Below, piece by piece: positions 42,494-55,816 of a stretch of DNA of 64,000 nucleotides. The translations under genes were made by a program, and so were the position numbers. Source of the DNA: Macrostomum lignano (lineage: Eukaryota); contig NIVC01002110.1 of NCBI GenBank assembly GCA_002269645.1, positions 69,162 to 133,161 on the forward strand, written 5' to 3'. The notes below the pieces were generated by a model. It saw nothing but the letters and a program-made list of their open reading frames with translations. It ran no database searches and had not been told where the DNA came from. Position 1 is the first letter of the stretch. Each line of letters starts with the position of its first letter.

Positions 42494-43969
42494 GACACTT
42501 GTACAAAGAAATGAAGCCCGAACATGAACTAAAACTAGATTTAATACTTATTCTAAAGGTTAAAAAGGTTAAATTTGCATCATTCTAATAATCCCGTACA
42601 GAAATCCGACACATAGGACGCCGCAGACAAATGCAGGTACTTTTACAATGCAGCGACGTTCAGCCAACGTCGTTATTCGTCGGTGCAATGCACCCATTTG
42701 TCTGATTCTATGGGAGCCGCTCGTTGCGGGACGATGTCGACGAAAGCGTTTCTCCTGGGTCCACAGCTTTCCTGAAATCGCCATTATAAGCTACCCTTAG
42801 AAGAATGCAATTAACAATAAACAATAGGACAATTACGATATTGTAAATGCACTCGGTTATGATATTCCGAATTAGGTAAACGCATTCGGACATTACAATC
42901 AATTCTTCTTCCTCCTAATTTTCTTTCTTCTTATTTAACTCAGGGATTAATACTTAGCTCGTACAGGCAGTTTTTCGATTGCCTATACTCATTAAGATTA
43001 TTCTTGAAAGCAGCTTTCCGACTACCACAATCACCAATAACTGAGATATCAGATTGCCCAAGTCTTGAATTACTGCATTTCTGCTGGATTCTTCAAGCGA
43101 CAGGTTAATCAATTTTGTTAATCAATTTTTCACGCTCGTAAATTTACACCTAAGGACTGTAGTACAGTGGTCCTTAGTTACACTTTCATTACAAACATAA
43201 AATTTTGCAAAATGTTGAGGATACATGGCTACCGAGTAGATTGGCGGGAAACACTCACTCTCAATCAGCTCGTTTTTTAGCCACTTTTTAACTCAGGTAA
43301 AAGGCATTATAAACAGTCTACCATGATTTTACACTCAGTTCACGGTAGTGAATAGATAAACAGGGGTGGATGGATAATAAACGCGACGAAGCATAGGTAA
43401 AATGTGCTTTAGGGAGCAACTTTGGGAAGCAAAATGAATGCCAAATAATGAAATTTACAGAAAGTTTACAGTATAAAATGAACATTACAATTCCCGATAT
43501 TCGCAGCGAGTTCCTTATTTCTAAAGCAATGTGATTTTTCTGCAACAGAATGGTATATTTACACTGTAGTAGACTGGTATATAGGAGCATGTTTCTCGAT
43601 CAGTGGGCTGCATTAAATCTCTTCATTGGCAATTTCTTTTTGCCGCTCAGGAGGCAATTAAAAGATTTTACTTTTAGTTCGCAAGTTAACAGCAGCAGCA
43701 ACAACCCAAAATATGGTTTTTGTTGGATCTTCCGACGCGGAAGTGAAACTTGATTTCGAGCTATCAGACTCAATTGTTATGGATAATTCTGTCTCTGTTG
43801 TTAGCTCTGCTATTGGCTGATCAAGCAAACATAATTAGCGGGGCAAAGTTAGAGCTGAAAGTCTTTCAAGCTGTTTTTATGTGTGTGTTGTACCCTTGGT
43901 CAGGTTGCCAGGGAACGGTGCTGGGTGTTGCGTCACTCTGTTCACATGACGTCTAAGACGCATCACCCG

Positions 43970-44426
43970 TTACACCGGAGATATTTTAGAGTCGGATTGG
44001 CAGACCTTCTCAAACCCTCCTTTTTCAACCGGGCTTGGGACCGTCTTTGGCGGAGTTCCTGCTTTATATTGAAGGTATTGCCGTCGTCTCATAAAAAGTA
44101 GCGTCATAATAAAGATAAGTACTAACAGAGTCGTAGTAAAAGCTCCAAGGAGAAGCATGCTCAGCACATTCATCTTTTTAGGACTGGCACTTGTTTGCTC
44201 TTCTTCCGCAGCCGACTGGGCAGCCGCAAGCATCCAGTTGAGCACAGGTTGGCTCGAGTCTCCGCATCTGTTTCTGGCCGCATCCGGGAAGCTGATCAGA
44301 GCCGGAAGCTGCTCACTGCAGTCCGTAAAGCTCACCAGTCCGATTACCTCACCATTAATGGTAAGATTGACAGCTCTGAGCGAACCACAGGAGACTGAGG
44401 AGTTCATAGTCTCGACTACATGGTAC
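43970..44426 (-). CDS. Terminal exon of an unidentified single-pass membrane protein
   Basis: TTCCAG acceptor, then YHVVETMNSSVSCGSL..., a hydrophobic segment VLSMLLLGAFTTTLLVLIFIMTLLFM followed by RRR stop-transfer, and a short tail to TAA. Confidence 0.7.
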
Positions 44427-44526
44427 CTGGAATTCAAGTGTCAGGAGTTGTGAAATTTGATTTAATTAGCGAGCCCATTGTTCTGACAGCAGATAAACGG
44501 CTATGCTCTCTAGTTAAGAAACTCAC

Positions 44527-44698
44527 AGCTTATCAGCATCCTGGAACTCAGCCATTTTGCACTCTTCTGCCCCGCAGTTCAGGTAGAAGACCTTCTTGGT
44601 CCTGTGCTCATAGAACAGTCCGATGCGAAGCCTCTGTGCGAGACTCAGCGGCTCCTTTATGCGGGTGCTCAGGCCGGAGCCGACGCGAGTTCGCTGGC
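44527..44698 (-). CDS. Internal exon of the membrane protein
   Basis: TTCAG acceptor, QRTRVGSGLSTRIKEPLSLAQRLRIGLFYEHRTKKVFYLNCGAEECKMAEFQDADK, then a GTGAGT donor. Phases (1 in, 2 out) fit both neighbouring exons. Confidence 0.7.
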
Positions 44699-45057
44699 CT
44701 GAAGCCGGTGTTCAAGTGGAGTGAAATTGTGCAAAAGTTAAGCTGTGCTGCCTACAATCCAAAGTAAACAGCGATGTTCAGTAGAGGACAAGAACTATTA
44801 ATAGAACAAGAACTAAATTTATAAGCATTCTTGACGCGAAATTTTACTGTACTCGAAAAGATAGTTATAGACTTTAAGTTTAGTCAATGCATAAGTTCTA
44901 ACATTTAACAGTAGAAATACCTCAGGGGATTTCTCAGGGAAACGCTCATACACACTGCCATCAAAGGAGCCATCAAATGTAATAGCTAATCAATTTACTA
45001 CAATTTAATAGTAATAAGTAAACTATTTTTAAAAGCCACCTCTTCACTCCAACTTAC

Positions 45058-45330
45058 TCTCTGTGACAAAGTTCTGCAGAGCCTCCAAGCTGCTGAAGCT
45101 GGCGAGCCTCATGACTCCGCTGTCAGCGCTCATCGCAGTCAGCTCAGCAGTCAGGTTCCGACGAACCGATCCAGTGGTGTAGCAGTTGCTCTCAAAATTA
45201 GTCATGCTTCTGCCGCAGAATCCCGGCTCCATCAGGCGAATTTGTAGACCCGGGATATTTGCTGAGCTTCTCCGATTCAGCCGGAATGAGACAGTCAGGT
45301 AGCTCCTACAGTTTGATGTACAGAGATTGG
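45058..45330 (-). CDS. Internal exon of the membrane protein (5' boundary approximate)
   Basis: LCTSNCRSYLTVSFRLNRRSS...LEALQNFVTE followed by a GTAAGT donor, phase 1. Further likely exons lie at about 45350-45490, 45640-45850, 46630-46750 and 47370-47560 but are unresolved. Confidence 0.6.
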
Positions 45331-46309
45331 TTTCAATTAAGGTATGGATTTAAAAAATGGTGTCCAGCATCGGGCCAGCTCTATCGTACCCTTTCGTCAG
45401 TTGCAGCACGCGCAGCATCTCCAGCTCCACGGGCTTTGGCTCGCCTGTTGAAGGCGACGAGCAGGTCGCTGGAAATGCATTGGGATTCGTATTGACACAT
45501 TAAGAATGAAAGCATTTGACCGGTTTTATAGAGTACCTGCTAGCAGTCAGCAGCATGGGTCAACAGCCACTGACTGCTTGTTCACAGTAATGGTTAGAAC
45601 TGGAGGTCGAAACCAATATTACATGTATAATAAGTTTAATTGTGCTCAGAGCGCTGCTTACAGTCCGAAGCCTTCGAGTGCAGTTCGTATCGCATCAGTT
45701 GATCCTGTGCAGCTGAATCCACAGATCGTGTCCACCTCTGCTGGCTTAGGTGCGCCTCCGTGTCAAAGCCAGTCAGAACCACAACGGCATTGTCAAGATG
45801 GTCATTCAGAATCTTCCATTTCATTCATTCAGGCACAGGATCTCCATCTGTTTTAGGAATGATTCGATCTTCAATGAACTCAAGTTTTAGACTGAGCTAG
45901 AACTCATTGGTGTTGCTGCGCGGATAGCAGTACCGGTTGCCTGCCAGAGCTCTGTGGATAAGAATGGGCGGGAAAGTAGATTTGCTGTGGTAAATTTAGA
46001 GTTGAAAGTTATTGCAGACGCACCCTATTTATGATCTTAGGTTAGATAGGCAAAAATGTTAAATACTTAGTTTTGTGGCACTGCGGTGAGTAGTTAAGAT
46101 ATTTTAGAAATGAAAGAAATGACATCGAAATTTTGGGGAAATTGTTCTTTGGCTTATTTCAAGGATCAAATTAGATTCTAAGTCCATAAATGCATTCAAT
46201 CATTCAAATACATGTTTAACTTTACAGTGTCAACCTCGCAATCCTCGAAGCCCTCACTCTAGAAGAACAGCTCGGAGAGGACAACCCGACAAAGGACGGC
46301 GACCCAATA

Positions 46310-46582
46310 AGTGACACCCCCAATCAGTATGATGACCCAATCAGTATGACACCCCAATCAGTATGATGACCCAATCAGTATGACACCCCCAATCAGTATG
46401 ATGACCCAATCAGTATGACACCCCAATCAGTGACACCCCAATCAGTATGATGACCCAATCAGTATGACACCCTAATCAGTATGACACCCCAATCAGTATG
46501 ACACCCCAATCAGTATGACACCCTAATCAGTATGACACCCCAATCAGTATGACACCCCAATCAGTATGACACCCAATCAGTA
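46310..46582. repeat. 17-bp minisatellite (ACACCCCAATCAGTATG)
   Basis: ACACC at 46501, 46518 and onward. Confidence 0.92.
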
Positions 46583-47139
46583 TTTCAGGCAAATCGATAG
46601 GTAGTACAACGGTGCTATCTAGCTACTTCCGGAGCAGCGAGTTCTATTTCTAGGAACATCTTCAAGAACTCGGGAAGCAGCGTAACATAGGAGTGGGAGT
46701 CTATGCGTGCGCACTTCGTTGTCGCCCAGTAACGGCAGTAAGATACCTACTGTAGTAGCATGTCAGTCAGGGAAGAGAAGCAGAGGATGCACGCTGTGCT
46801 GTACAAAAAAGAGAACTTCAGTTTTTTTCCAAGAATTGAATTTTTTATAGTTATTTCGACAAGTTGTGAAATAGCTCGTAATTAATAGACTACATTTAGT
46901 TCACCTCAAAGCACTTATCTACAAGCATGGAACATTGGGTCTAGCTGAATGTCTAAGGCAAGGAATTAAAAGTTAATATATCAACCACTATCTTAGTTTA
47001 GTTCAACAACTGCAAGCTAAGTGTAATGTTAGTGCACAAACAGCATAAATTCCATCGCACTCATTTTGTCGCTCTGACTGGCAGACATCTTTCGCTAGAA
47101 TTTTAGGTTATGTTTCAAATTTCACAGATTTTACATTAT

Positions 47140-47320
47140 TTCTCAGGTCTCACATTCCTGAGATTTCACATTTCCCAGATTTCACGTTCCCCAGATTTCA
47201 CGTTCCCCAGATTTTACATTTTCCAGATTTTAAATTTCCCAGATTTCACGTTCCCCAGATTTCACATTCCCCAGATTTTACATTTTCCAGATTTCACAAT
47301 TCCAAATTCTACATTTCCCA
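47140..47320. repeat. 16-bp degenerate minisatellite (AGATTTCACGTTCCCC)
   Basis: AGATT at 47161, 47177, 47193 and 47209. Confidence 0.85.
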
Positions 47321-48621
47321 AATTTCCTCGGCATCGCAAGGAAACAACAACAAGATACGCTGACAGAGTCCTTTGACGGTAGCGGCACAAGTCGCAAAGG
47401 AAGGCCACGCCGCCGACCGAATCCGGGTTGCCAGCGTCAGCCAGCAGGCTGGAGACAAGGCGCAAACCCACAATATATGGGACTGCCTGATTGTGCCAGC
47501 CGCTCTCACCCCATGTACGCAAGGCGAACCCCAGAGCCATTTTTTAGCAACACGTCTGTAGAGTGCCATCTGCATGTGCAAGTACTAGGGTTTGATTTTC
47601 CTGTTATCTTCTGCTTGCAAAGACTTTCAAAGAAAGACTTTCAAACACACTGGCTTCTAAAGGCCCTATTATGAGTGCGAAGCTCGCATCTTAGAATTCG
47701 CAGTACCGAATATTATTCAAAGCAGGGTATTTGATCTAGTCAACGAGAATGTATAGACGCAATGCAAAAAAATGAATAGTAGCTCAGGCAGTTTCTCTCT
47801 GTGCTGTTGTTAAGGCAACCATCTACCCACCGCCCCTTAAAGCATTTTGCCGCGAGTCTTCTGTCACGCGTTCGCAGGCTGCTGGCTTGGCCCGGAAACC
47901 TCTTTTAAGCGCTTTTCCAGTGCTTACAGTTATGAAAATAATATTCAAAGCTGAAAATGATATCGCAAACAAGTTTTGAAACGGGGTATACTTAGTTAAT
48001 GTTTTTCTTACTAATCTGAGGATTAAATGATCAGGGCGTGGCCAGGGAGGGGGGCAAAGGGACCCGGCTCTCCAAAAAGGCTGTCAAAAATAATGGCTGA
48101 TTTCCCGCTGACTTGGCGGCCCTTCAAAGCAGGTTTGGCGCCTCTGATCTCAATTCTAGCAGTTCTCCAACAGCCACCTACTTTGGCCCCATCAACAGCC
48201 TCTTTGGTCGCATATGAAACTTATGCACGAATATGAATTATTCAAAAGTTCGAATTCCTTTCGAAATCCTTTGAAAAGACACTAGGGCAAATAAAGTTTT
48301 CTTACACACGTCTTTGCAATATAAAACTTTTCTAATCAATTAAGAATAAGATTTTTTATTTATCGCTTTCTTTGAAAACATAACTCATAAGAATAAAATA
48401 TTAAGCATAAGAGTCATGCCTTGCAGTCTTTTGCTGAGCCAAACTGTCACTCTATAATGATGGAACTAAATATTTGAATATGCGTAGATGAACTTTGCTT
48501 TTGTATTTAGTTACTCTTGAGACTACAAAAACAATTTTACTTCGTACTTGGGGACTATAAAGTATAACTTGTTTTAACTAATTGTTTTACTTAAATGAAT
48601 AAAAATTTATCAAGTAGCTCA

Positions 48622-49190
48622 TAACAACAACACAACAATATACGCGGCCCCGCAATCAAAGTCAGGGAGCAGGGTGCGTCAGATGGCGGCGCAGGATGGT
48701 GGACGGGCGCTGCAGCTTGGCCCGATTGTACAGGGCCTCGGTCCCGACGCTCTTGTCAGCTCGAAATGCCGCACGGAGCAGCCCTGAATGCGCCAAGTCC
48801 AGCTGCCGCTCCAGCGTAGCCGTCAAGTGTCCACGTCTCGGCGTTGTAGAGCAGGACGGTTTCGACCACCGCCTGCCACAGCCGAGCCCTCGAACGGAAG
48901 GCCGCCCGGGCAAGTCCTCGGCGCCGCCGGAGGTCTTCGTTCACGTGAGGCACCAAACCGCCGAGGTAGGTGAACCGCCTGGCAGCGTGCGAGCGTGGTC
49001 GTCTGCCCGTCTGCGAAGCGGCCTGTCAGGTCCGCTGGGATGTCGGCTGGCACAGTCAGCACCTCGGTCTTCAGCGTGTTGACAACCAGTCCGACGCTCG
49101 ATGCCACCTCGACCAACCTGTCGATCTGGCGCTGGGCGCCTTCAACGGACGAGGACAGGAGGGCGAGGTCGTCGGCGTAGCCAAGCACGC
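48622..49190 (-). mobile_element. 5'-truncated RTE-like non-LTR retrotransposon (RT C-terminal half plus tail)
   Basis: LGYADDLALL (YADD), GLVVNTLKTEVL, FTYLGG, VLLYNAETWTL and EALYNRAKLQRPSTILRR, ending in a (TTG)n-like tail at about 48622-48636. Confidence 0.88.
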
Positions 49191-50339
49191 TATAAGGCGC
49201 TTTTCGCCGTGGCGGCGACCGATGCGTCTGCGCAGCAGGAAGCCGTCATTTGCCGAGGGGAGTGCGGTCCGAAAGCACCCAGTCCAACAGCGGCACGAAG
49301 AGAAACGGCGCCAAAGTCTCGCCCTGCAGAACTCCTGATGAAGTGTCGAACGGATGATGATGTAATCGCCCTAGTGAGCTGTCTTCTCATGGGGGAAGGA
49401 TCAGATGGTATGACTATAGGGATGGGCTGCCAGCAGTCTATGATCAGGCTATGACCGACAGATCGCCTTCAAGTTGTCCCGCCCATTATTGATAGCTTTT
49501 GGTAGTGCTATATTAGAGACCAGGGGTAAGGACTCATATGTGCCCCATCGATAGCTAAGGTGCAAATATTGATCATCGGGTTATTGCATGACCCACTGGC
49601 TGCCACCACTCTGTGACCTGGCGAACCTGGATCTACGGTATGACCAGACCTGGCGAGGCCAGAGCCCCGCCTAGGATGGGTATCAAGGGTTTGAGCTAGC
49701 GGGAAGCAGCATGCAGCCAAATAATGGGACTCTGTTTGGGCACAAATCGGGAACTCCGGGATCATACTGAAGGATTTTTAGCAGAGGGGTCCTACAGTAG
49801 GAATACCAAGCCATTTTTCCGCCCCTCGAACTACCAAGGAGGGGGGAAATTTCCCCCCCCCCTGACAATTTTTTTTGCTGCGCCGGAACGGAGCAACGCA
49901 GGCACACGAAATTCAAGAACACGGGCTAACTTTTTGTTGCGCACCTTCTCAAACAAGAATCAAGTCGCCAGCCCTCCGGACCGTCGAGATATTCGACGAT
50001 TCTGCCAGAAGGTCGGATTTTTCCCATAAGCGCTAGTGTATTCAGTACACCCCTGTGCGCCAATCAGCACTGCGCCTCAGTGCAGCCTTGCCAAGTCTCC
50101 AAATTTCATCAGCACGTCGACCACATGTGTCTGCATCAGTTCTGACTTCGTTGGTCACTAGCCTTCACCCAGGTGGAGCTTCTGGACCCTCAACAGCTGT
50201 GGCACCGGGTGACTATGGACACCCTGATGCGGATTTCTCTAGTTTCGTCGATCAAGCCTCGACAGTGGGCAAGAATCAACCGTCAGACATTCTCAGCTAG
50301 TCTTTCAAGCATTCCGTCATCATCCCGACGCCGTCGAAT

Positions 50340-50643
50340 CGGACATTGCTATATTTAAGCTTTAACTCATGTTGCTGTATATTTTTATTATTAATATTAC
50401 ACATACTTTTATACATACAAGCTACATACATATTTTATTTGACAAGCTGTTTAGTTTATTCAACTATAATATTGAACCCAATTTTTATGCAGAAAGGGTT
50501 ACGCTTTTAAAAAATGAAAAAACCAAAATTTTTTTTGCGTGCCAGTAAATTCAATCGGTTTTTTTCGGTGTGTATAAAAGTATGTGTAATAATAATATAA
50601 ATATACAGCAACATGAGTTCAAGCCTAAATATAGCAATGTCCG
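50340..50643. mobile_element. Small AT-rich MITE-like inverted-repeat module inside the foldback element
   Basis: About 75-bp imperfect inverted repeats starting CGGACATTGCTATATTTA and ending TAAATATAGCAATGTCCG. No TSD is evident. Confidence 0.65.
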
Positions 50644-50714
50644 TGCTGAAAAAATTTTGAGAGCTTCAGAAATGTCAAGCGCATGATGAAAAATCACGCT
50701 CAGGTGTCCTTACT

Positions 50715-51490
50715 CACCTGGTGCCACCTGTTGAAGATGCCGACGGCGTCGGGGTGATGACTGAAGGCTCGAGAGACTAGCTGAGAATGTCCGGCAGTTG
50801 AGGTTTGCCCATTATTGAAGCTTGATAAGAAAAACCTGACATATTTGCAACAGGATGTCCGTAGTCACCTGGTGCCACCTGTTGAAGGTGCCGACGGCGT
50901 CGGTGTGATGGCTGAATGCTTGACTGACTAGCTGAGGATGTCCAGCAGTTGAGGTTTGCCCATTACTGAAGCTTGATAAGAAAAACCTGACATATTTGCA
51001 ACAGGATGTCCGTAGTCACCTGGTGCCACCTGTTGAAGGTGCCGACGGCGTCGGGGTGATGACTGAAGGCTCGAGAGACTAGCTGAGAATGTCCGGCAGT
51101 TGAGGTTTGCCCATTACTGAAGCTTGATAAGAAAAATCTGACATATTTGCAACAGGATGTCCGTAGTCACCTGGTGCCACCTGTTGAAGGTGCCGACGGC
51201 GTCGGTGTGATGGCTGAATGCTTGAAAGACTAGCTGAGGATGTCCAGCAGTTGAGGTTTGCCCATTATTGAAGCTTGATAAGAAAAACCTGACATATTTG
51301 CAACAGGATGTCCGTAGTCACCTGGTGCCACCTGTTGAAGGTGCCGACGGCGTCGGGATGATGACGGAATGCTTGAAAGACTAGCTGAGAATGTCTGACG
51401 GTTGATTCTTGCCCACTGTCGAGGCTTGATCGACGAAACTAGAGAAATCCGCATCAGGGTGTCCATAGTCACCCGGTGCCACAGCTGTTG
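50715..51490. repeat. 151-bp tandem repeat (about 5 copies) in the foldback element
   Basis: CACC(T/C)GGTGCCAC at 50715, 50866, 51017, 51168, 51319 and 51470. Confidence 0.93.
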
Positions 51491-51989
51491 AGGGTCCAGA
51501 AGCTCCACCTGGGTGAAGGCTAGTGACCAACGAAGTCAGAACTGATGCAGACACATGTGGTCGACGTGCTGATGAAATTTGGAGACTTGGCAAGGCTGCA
51601 CTGAGGCGCAGTGCTGATTGGCGCACAGGGGTGTACTGAATACACTAGCGCTTATGGGAAAAATCCGACCTTCTGGCAGAATCGTCGAATATCTCGACGG
51701 TCCGGAGGGCTGGCGACTTGATTCTTGTTTGAGAAGGTGCGCAACAAAAAGTTAGCCCGTGTTCTTGAATTTCGTGTGCCTGCGTTGCTCCGTTCCGGCG
51801 CAGCAAAAAAAATTGTCAGGGGGGAGAAATTTCCCCCCCCCTTGGTAGTTCTACTGTTAAGGCTGTGATGACATGGTTCAGATTGCAAAGAGCAGTGTAT
51901 ATAGAGAACACGTAGAACAGCTATACATGTACATCTAGTTTGGATTGATCAATGGGTTCGGGCCTGGCCCCTCATATGAAAGGTTTTCC

Positions 51990-52140
51990 TCTCCACATGG
52001 AGCACCAGATATAATGAACCACTGCTGGCAGCGTGCGTCTGCGCCGTGGCATGTCAGGTCTGCTGTGACGTCAGCAGACACAGTCAGCATCTCGGTCTTC
52101 AATATGCTGACAACGCTTGAACCCACCTCTTTCTGTGCTT
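51990..52140 (-). mobile_element. Older diverged fragment of the same RTE-like family
   Basis: SILKTEMLTVSADVTADLT resembles NTLKTEVLTVPADIPADLT at about 49040-49090. Confidence 0.6.
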
Positions 52141-53399
52141 TCCACAGACGAGGAAAATTAGAGGTCGCAGGTCGCCAGCGTTGCCAAACAAGCTCAGGTG
52201 TTTTTAGCTAATAAAATGCACGAAGAAATCACTCTCCATATCAGCATTCGGGGTGTGCCATGAAGCTCACAGATGTTCAAATGAAAAGATATTTTTGGTG
52301 TAAAGTCTACTAAGATGTTATATTGCAAAAATTACTTTTAGTTTAATTTTTAAAAGATTTTCCTTGCTGTAGTATGCATTTGATTTAGGTTCGTGGAACT
52401 GAACGGGGAACCGAAAATCCCGTCATTAATGTGCATCTATTATGGTTCCCGGTTTGTCTTCATAGTTACTATTTTTACCCTATTTCACACCCCTTATTGC
52501 ATTCTCTCGAACTCTCGAACAGTCATACTGTTGCAACACCGGTATATCAGGTCCATCAGCGCACGTTTGCTGACTCTCTTCGTTTTCACATAATTTCACA
52601 TGTTCTTTATTATCAAATACAAGCTGTTGAAGCTAGTTTGTCTATGGCTCAAACTTCCACTTTCGGTTTCAGCCTCCAACTAACTGTGGGCCTATGGAGT
52701 CTATAGTCTATTTTTAAACCCATTTACCCTCTCTGGGCCGAGACCGGGAAAGAGGCAGGCGGAGGTTGAGGTGGCTGCATGTCTCGCTGACAAAAAACAG
52801 CCTAACTTTAAAAGTGCACAGCGCCGTGTCAGGATTAACTTTGAGACTCAAAATTTTACACGGTTGTGTCAAAATAGTTGAAAATTGATTGTGACAAATT
52901 TAAAGAGGATTGACAAAACTGGAGCGGCGCTATGGAGGATTTAGTGAAGAGTTGTTTTTTGCACTTTTAGGTAGGAAGACTAAAATTTAGGAAATTTTAA
53001 GGTAGCCTATGACATTCTCCGTAGTGAGTTTAGGGTGGGTGCAAAATTTGGTGTCATTTGGTTGAGCGGTTTGGGAGTCCATAGCAAAGTAATTTGTACA
53101 CAGACACAGAGTTTTGATTTTTATGTGTATACAAGCTGTTGAAACCCGCGGATTTTAACCCGGGGAATTTCAATCCCTGGAACTATTTTTGCATGTACTC
53201 GTATGTCGTATTCTAAAATCTGAGGTCAAACTCAAACAAAAACTTGTTAATAGTTAGGTTAGAATTAAACATAAAATAGAGTACATTCGTGAAAAATTAG
53301 GATTTGAGGAAAACATTTATATTGTTGGCTGGGGTGCTGCGAACAGGCAAACTCTGGCCTCTGCCTCTCCTTATGTCCCTTGGATCCTTAGAAACTTCG

Positions 53400-54495
53400 A
53401 TTTTCTCTTCTGTTTCCTCTCCTCTCTCGTCTCTGTCTCTATCTCTCTCCTCTATCCCCTATTCTCTCGTCTATTCCCTCTCCCCTCTATTCTTTTATCC
53501 CTCCTCTCCTCCTCTCTACTCTGTACTCTCTCCTCTCTCTCCTTCTCCTCTCATCTCTTCTCTTCTTTCCTCTCTCCTCTCTCCTCTCTTCTATCGTCTC
53601 TTCCCTCACCTCTCTTCTCTCTCGTCTTTGCTCTCTTATCTATCTCTTCTTTCTCTTCTTTTATCTTTTCTCTCTTCTCTCTTCTCATTCTTTCTGCATG
53701 TTCTCTCCTCTCTCTTTCCCTCTCTCGCTCCTCTCTCTCTCCCTCTCTCTCCTCTCATCTCTCTGCTCTCTCCTGTCCCATCTCTCTTTCTCCTCTAATC
53801 TCTCCCCTGTTTCCTCTCCTCTCTCGTCCTTTCTCCTCTTTCCCCTGTCCTCTCGGTTCTCTCCCCTCCCCTCCTCTCTCCTCACTCACTTCTCTCTCCC
53901 TTGTCTCCCCTCTCATCTCTTATTTCTATCCTTTTTTCTCTCCACTCTCCCATCTCTCGTCTGTTCACTCCCGTCTCTGGTCTCTCATCTCCCCTCTCTC
54001 ATCTGCCATCTTTACTCTCTTATACTCGTATGTTTTCTCACCTCTCTCATCTGTACTCTTCTCTTTCCCCTCTTTTGACTCCTCTCTTTCCTTTCTCCTT
54101 TTTCCCTTCTCTTCTCTTCCCTCTTCTATTCTCTCCCTCTCTTGTCTTCTCTCTTCTCTCTTCACTCTCCTCTCTCCTCTCATATATCGCGTTCACTCTC
54201 ATCTTTGCTCTCTACCCCTCTCTCTTCTGTCATCTTTACTCTCCACTCTCCTGTGTACTCTTCTCTTTCCCCTCTACTGAATCCTCTCTTCTTACTCCTC
54301 TTCTCTTCCCTCTTCTATACTCTCTCCCCTCTATTCTCTTCTCTTGTCTCTGCACTCTGCTCTCTCTTCCTTCATCTCTCATCTCTACTCTCTCATCTTT
54401 CCTTTCATCTCTCTCATCTCCACAATCTCATCTATTTCCTCTCTCCTCTTCTTCCCTTTACTCTATCATCTCTCCTTTCTCCTCTCTTCTTTCTC

Positions 54496-54565
<70 letters not shown>

Positions 54566-54890
54566 TCTTATCTCCTCTCTTCTCACTCCTCTCTACCTTT
54601 CTCTCCCCTCCTATCTACTCTCTGTTCTCTATTCTCTTCTGACTCTTCTCTACTCTCCTCTCTCATCGATCCTCTGTCTCATCTCTCCCCTCTTCTCTCT
54701 TCCTCTTCTCTCCTCTACTCTTTCCTCTCCCTCCTGTCTCCCCTCCTCTCGCTTCCTCCTCCCATATTCTCTGCTCTCTCCTCGTCCTCACCCCACTCGT
54801 CTCCCCTGTTATCTTATATATTTTCTCTTACCCCCCTCTCGCCCTTCCTCTCTTTCTAATAGTCTATTCCTTTTCTTTTTCACTCTCATC
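53400..54890. repeat. Degenerate CT-rich low-complexity tract (inside Helitron-like unit B)
   Basis: Directly visible. Homologous to 57120-58460. Confidence 0.9.
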
Positions 54891-55816
54891 TGGCCCGCAG
54901 CCATGAGTTGGATTCTTTATCTGGCCTTTGAGTTAAAAATCTACCGATCCCTGCTTCGAAAGCCAGTTTGTGGGACGGTACTATCATGGTTATCATTTCT
55001 CATGCTTTAATCACGTCACCTTTCTGGCCAATTAGCAGCCCTGAGAGGAATTTGTGTATCTCCAGCTCCACCACCCAGTCTGCACTCTGCAGCAGTCTAA
55101 CAACCAAGGAAATACGCATTTCTTAGGAGTCATTTAAATTTTAAAGTTACCCTTTGCGAAACTTAATGTTAAAAGCTTCATGGTGTAACTAATTGAGTAG
55201 TATTGCATTGTAATAAGTTATTCATTAATTTTTCGCTATTTTTACAAACCATCCCGCATCGCCTTGATTTGCCTGTTTGCCATCTACTATTAAACTGCTG
55301 CAGACTTGTGTCTATACAGAGGACAGTGGTTTGAATCTCTCACTGAAACTGTCTCTCCTCTCCACGCCTCTCCACTCGCGCGGGGGTGCAGAGAAGGCTA
55401 TTAAAAAGTTATTCCAAAACACTGTACATTCGCTATGTACATTGAGCCCTATCGCCTGACCATAGATAAAGTATACCTTATCTATGCGCCTGACCCTTCG
55501 TCTGGCTCTGGGGGAATGAGTGAGTGAGTGGCACAAACAACAGAAAAAGCAGACAAACTTCACATGCTTACAGTTTCTTTTTCGGTTGAGTTACAGAGTT
55601 GAAACTTTACATTTAGATAGAGAATGAGTCAATGAAGAATTGTGTCAAGTTTGAAGTCAATCGCTTTACGTGGAGCAAACTTATGGCAGCTGAAAGTTAG
55701 TCAATTTTGAAACCCTTTTACACATCTGGGCCCAGATCGGTATCGGGAAAGAGAGGCGGGCGGGCGGAGGTTGGGGTGGTTTCGTTTCTTAGAATAGTTT
55801 TTTTGAAGGCCGGTCG

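Larger units (their letters stand above)
49828..51851. mobile_element. Foldback-like element with about 510-bp inverted arms
   Basis: 49828-50336 is the near-exact reverse complement of 51345-51851. The ORF track shows identical 81-aa translations at 50055..50300(+) and 51381..51626(-). No TSD or transposase was found. Confidence 0.8.

Noticed and set aside
42569-42784. 71-aa ORF with hydrophobic C-terminus
   Set aside because: Short, no recognisable motif, and strand and frame are ambiguous.
48032-48045. hAT-like left terminus CAGGGCGTGGCCAG
   Set aside because: No matching right TIR or TSD was found nearby.
49335-49353. Second hammerhead-like core CTGATGA-A-GTGTC-GAAC
   Set aside because: GAAC instead of GAAA, only a 1-bp stem II, and no convincing stem I or cleavage triplet.
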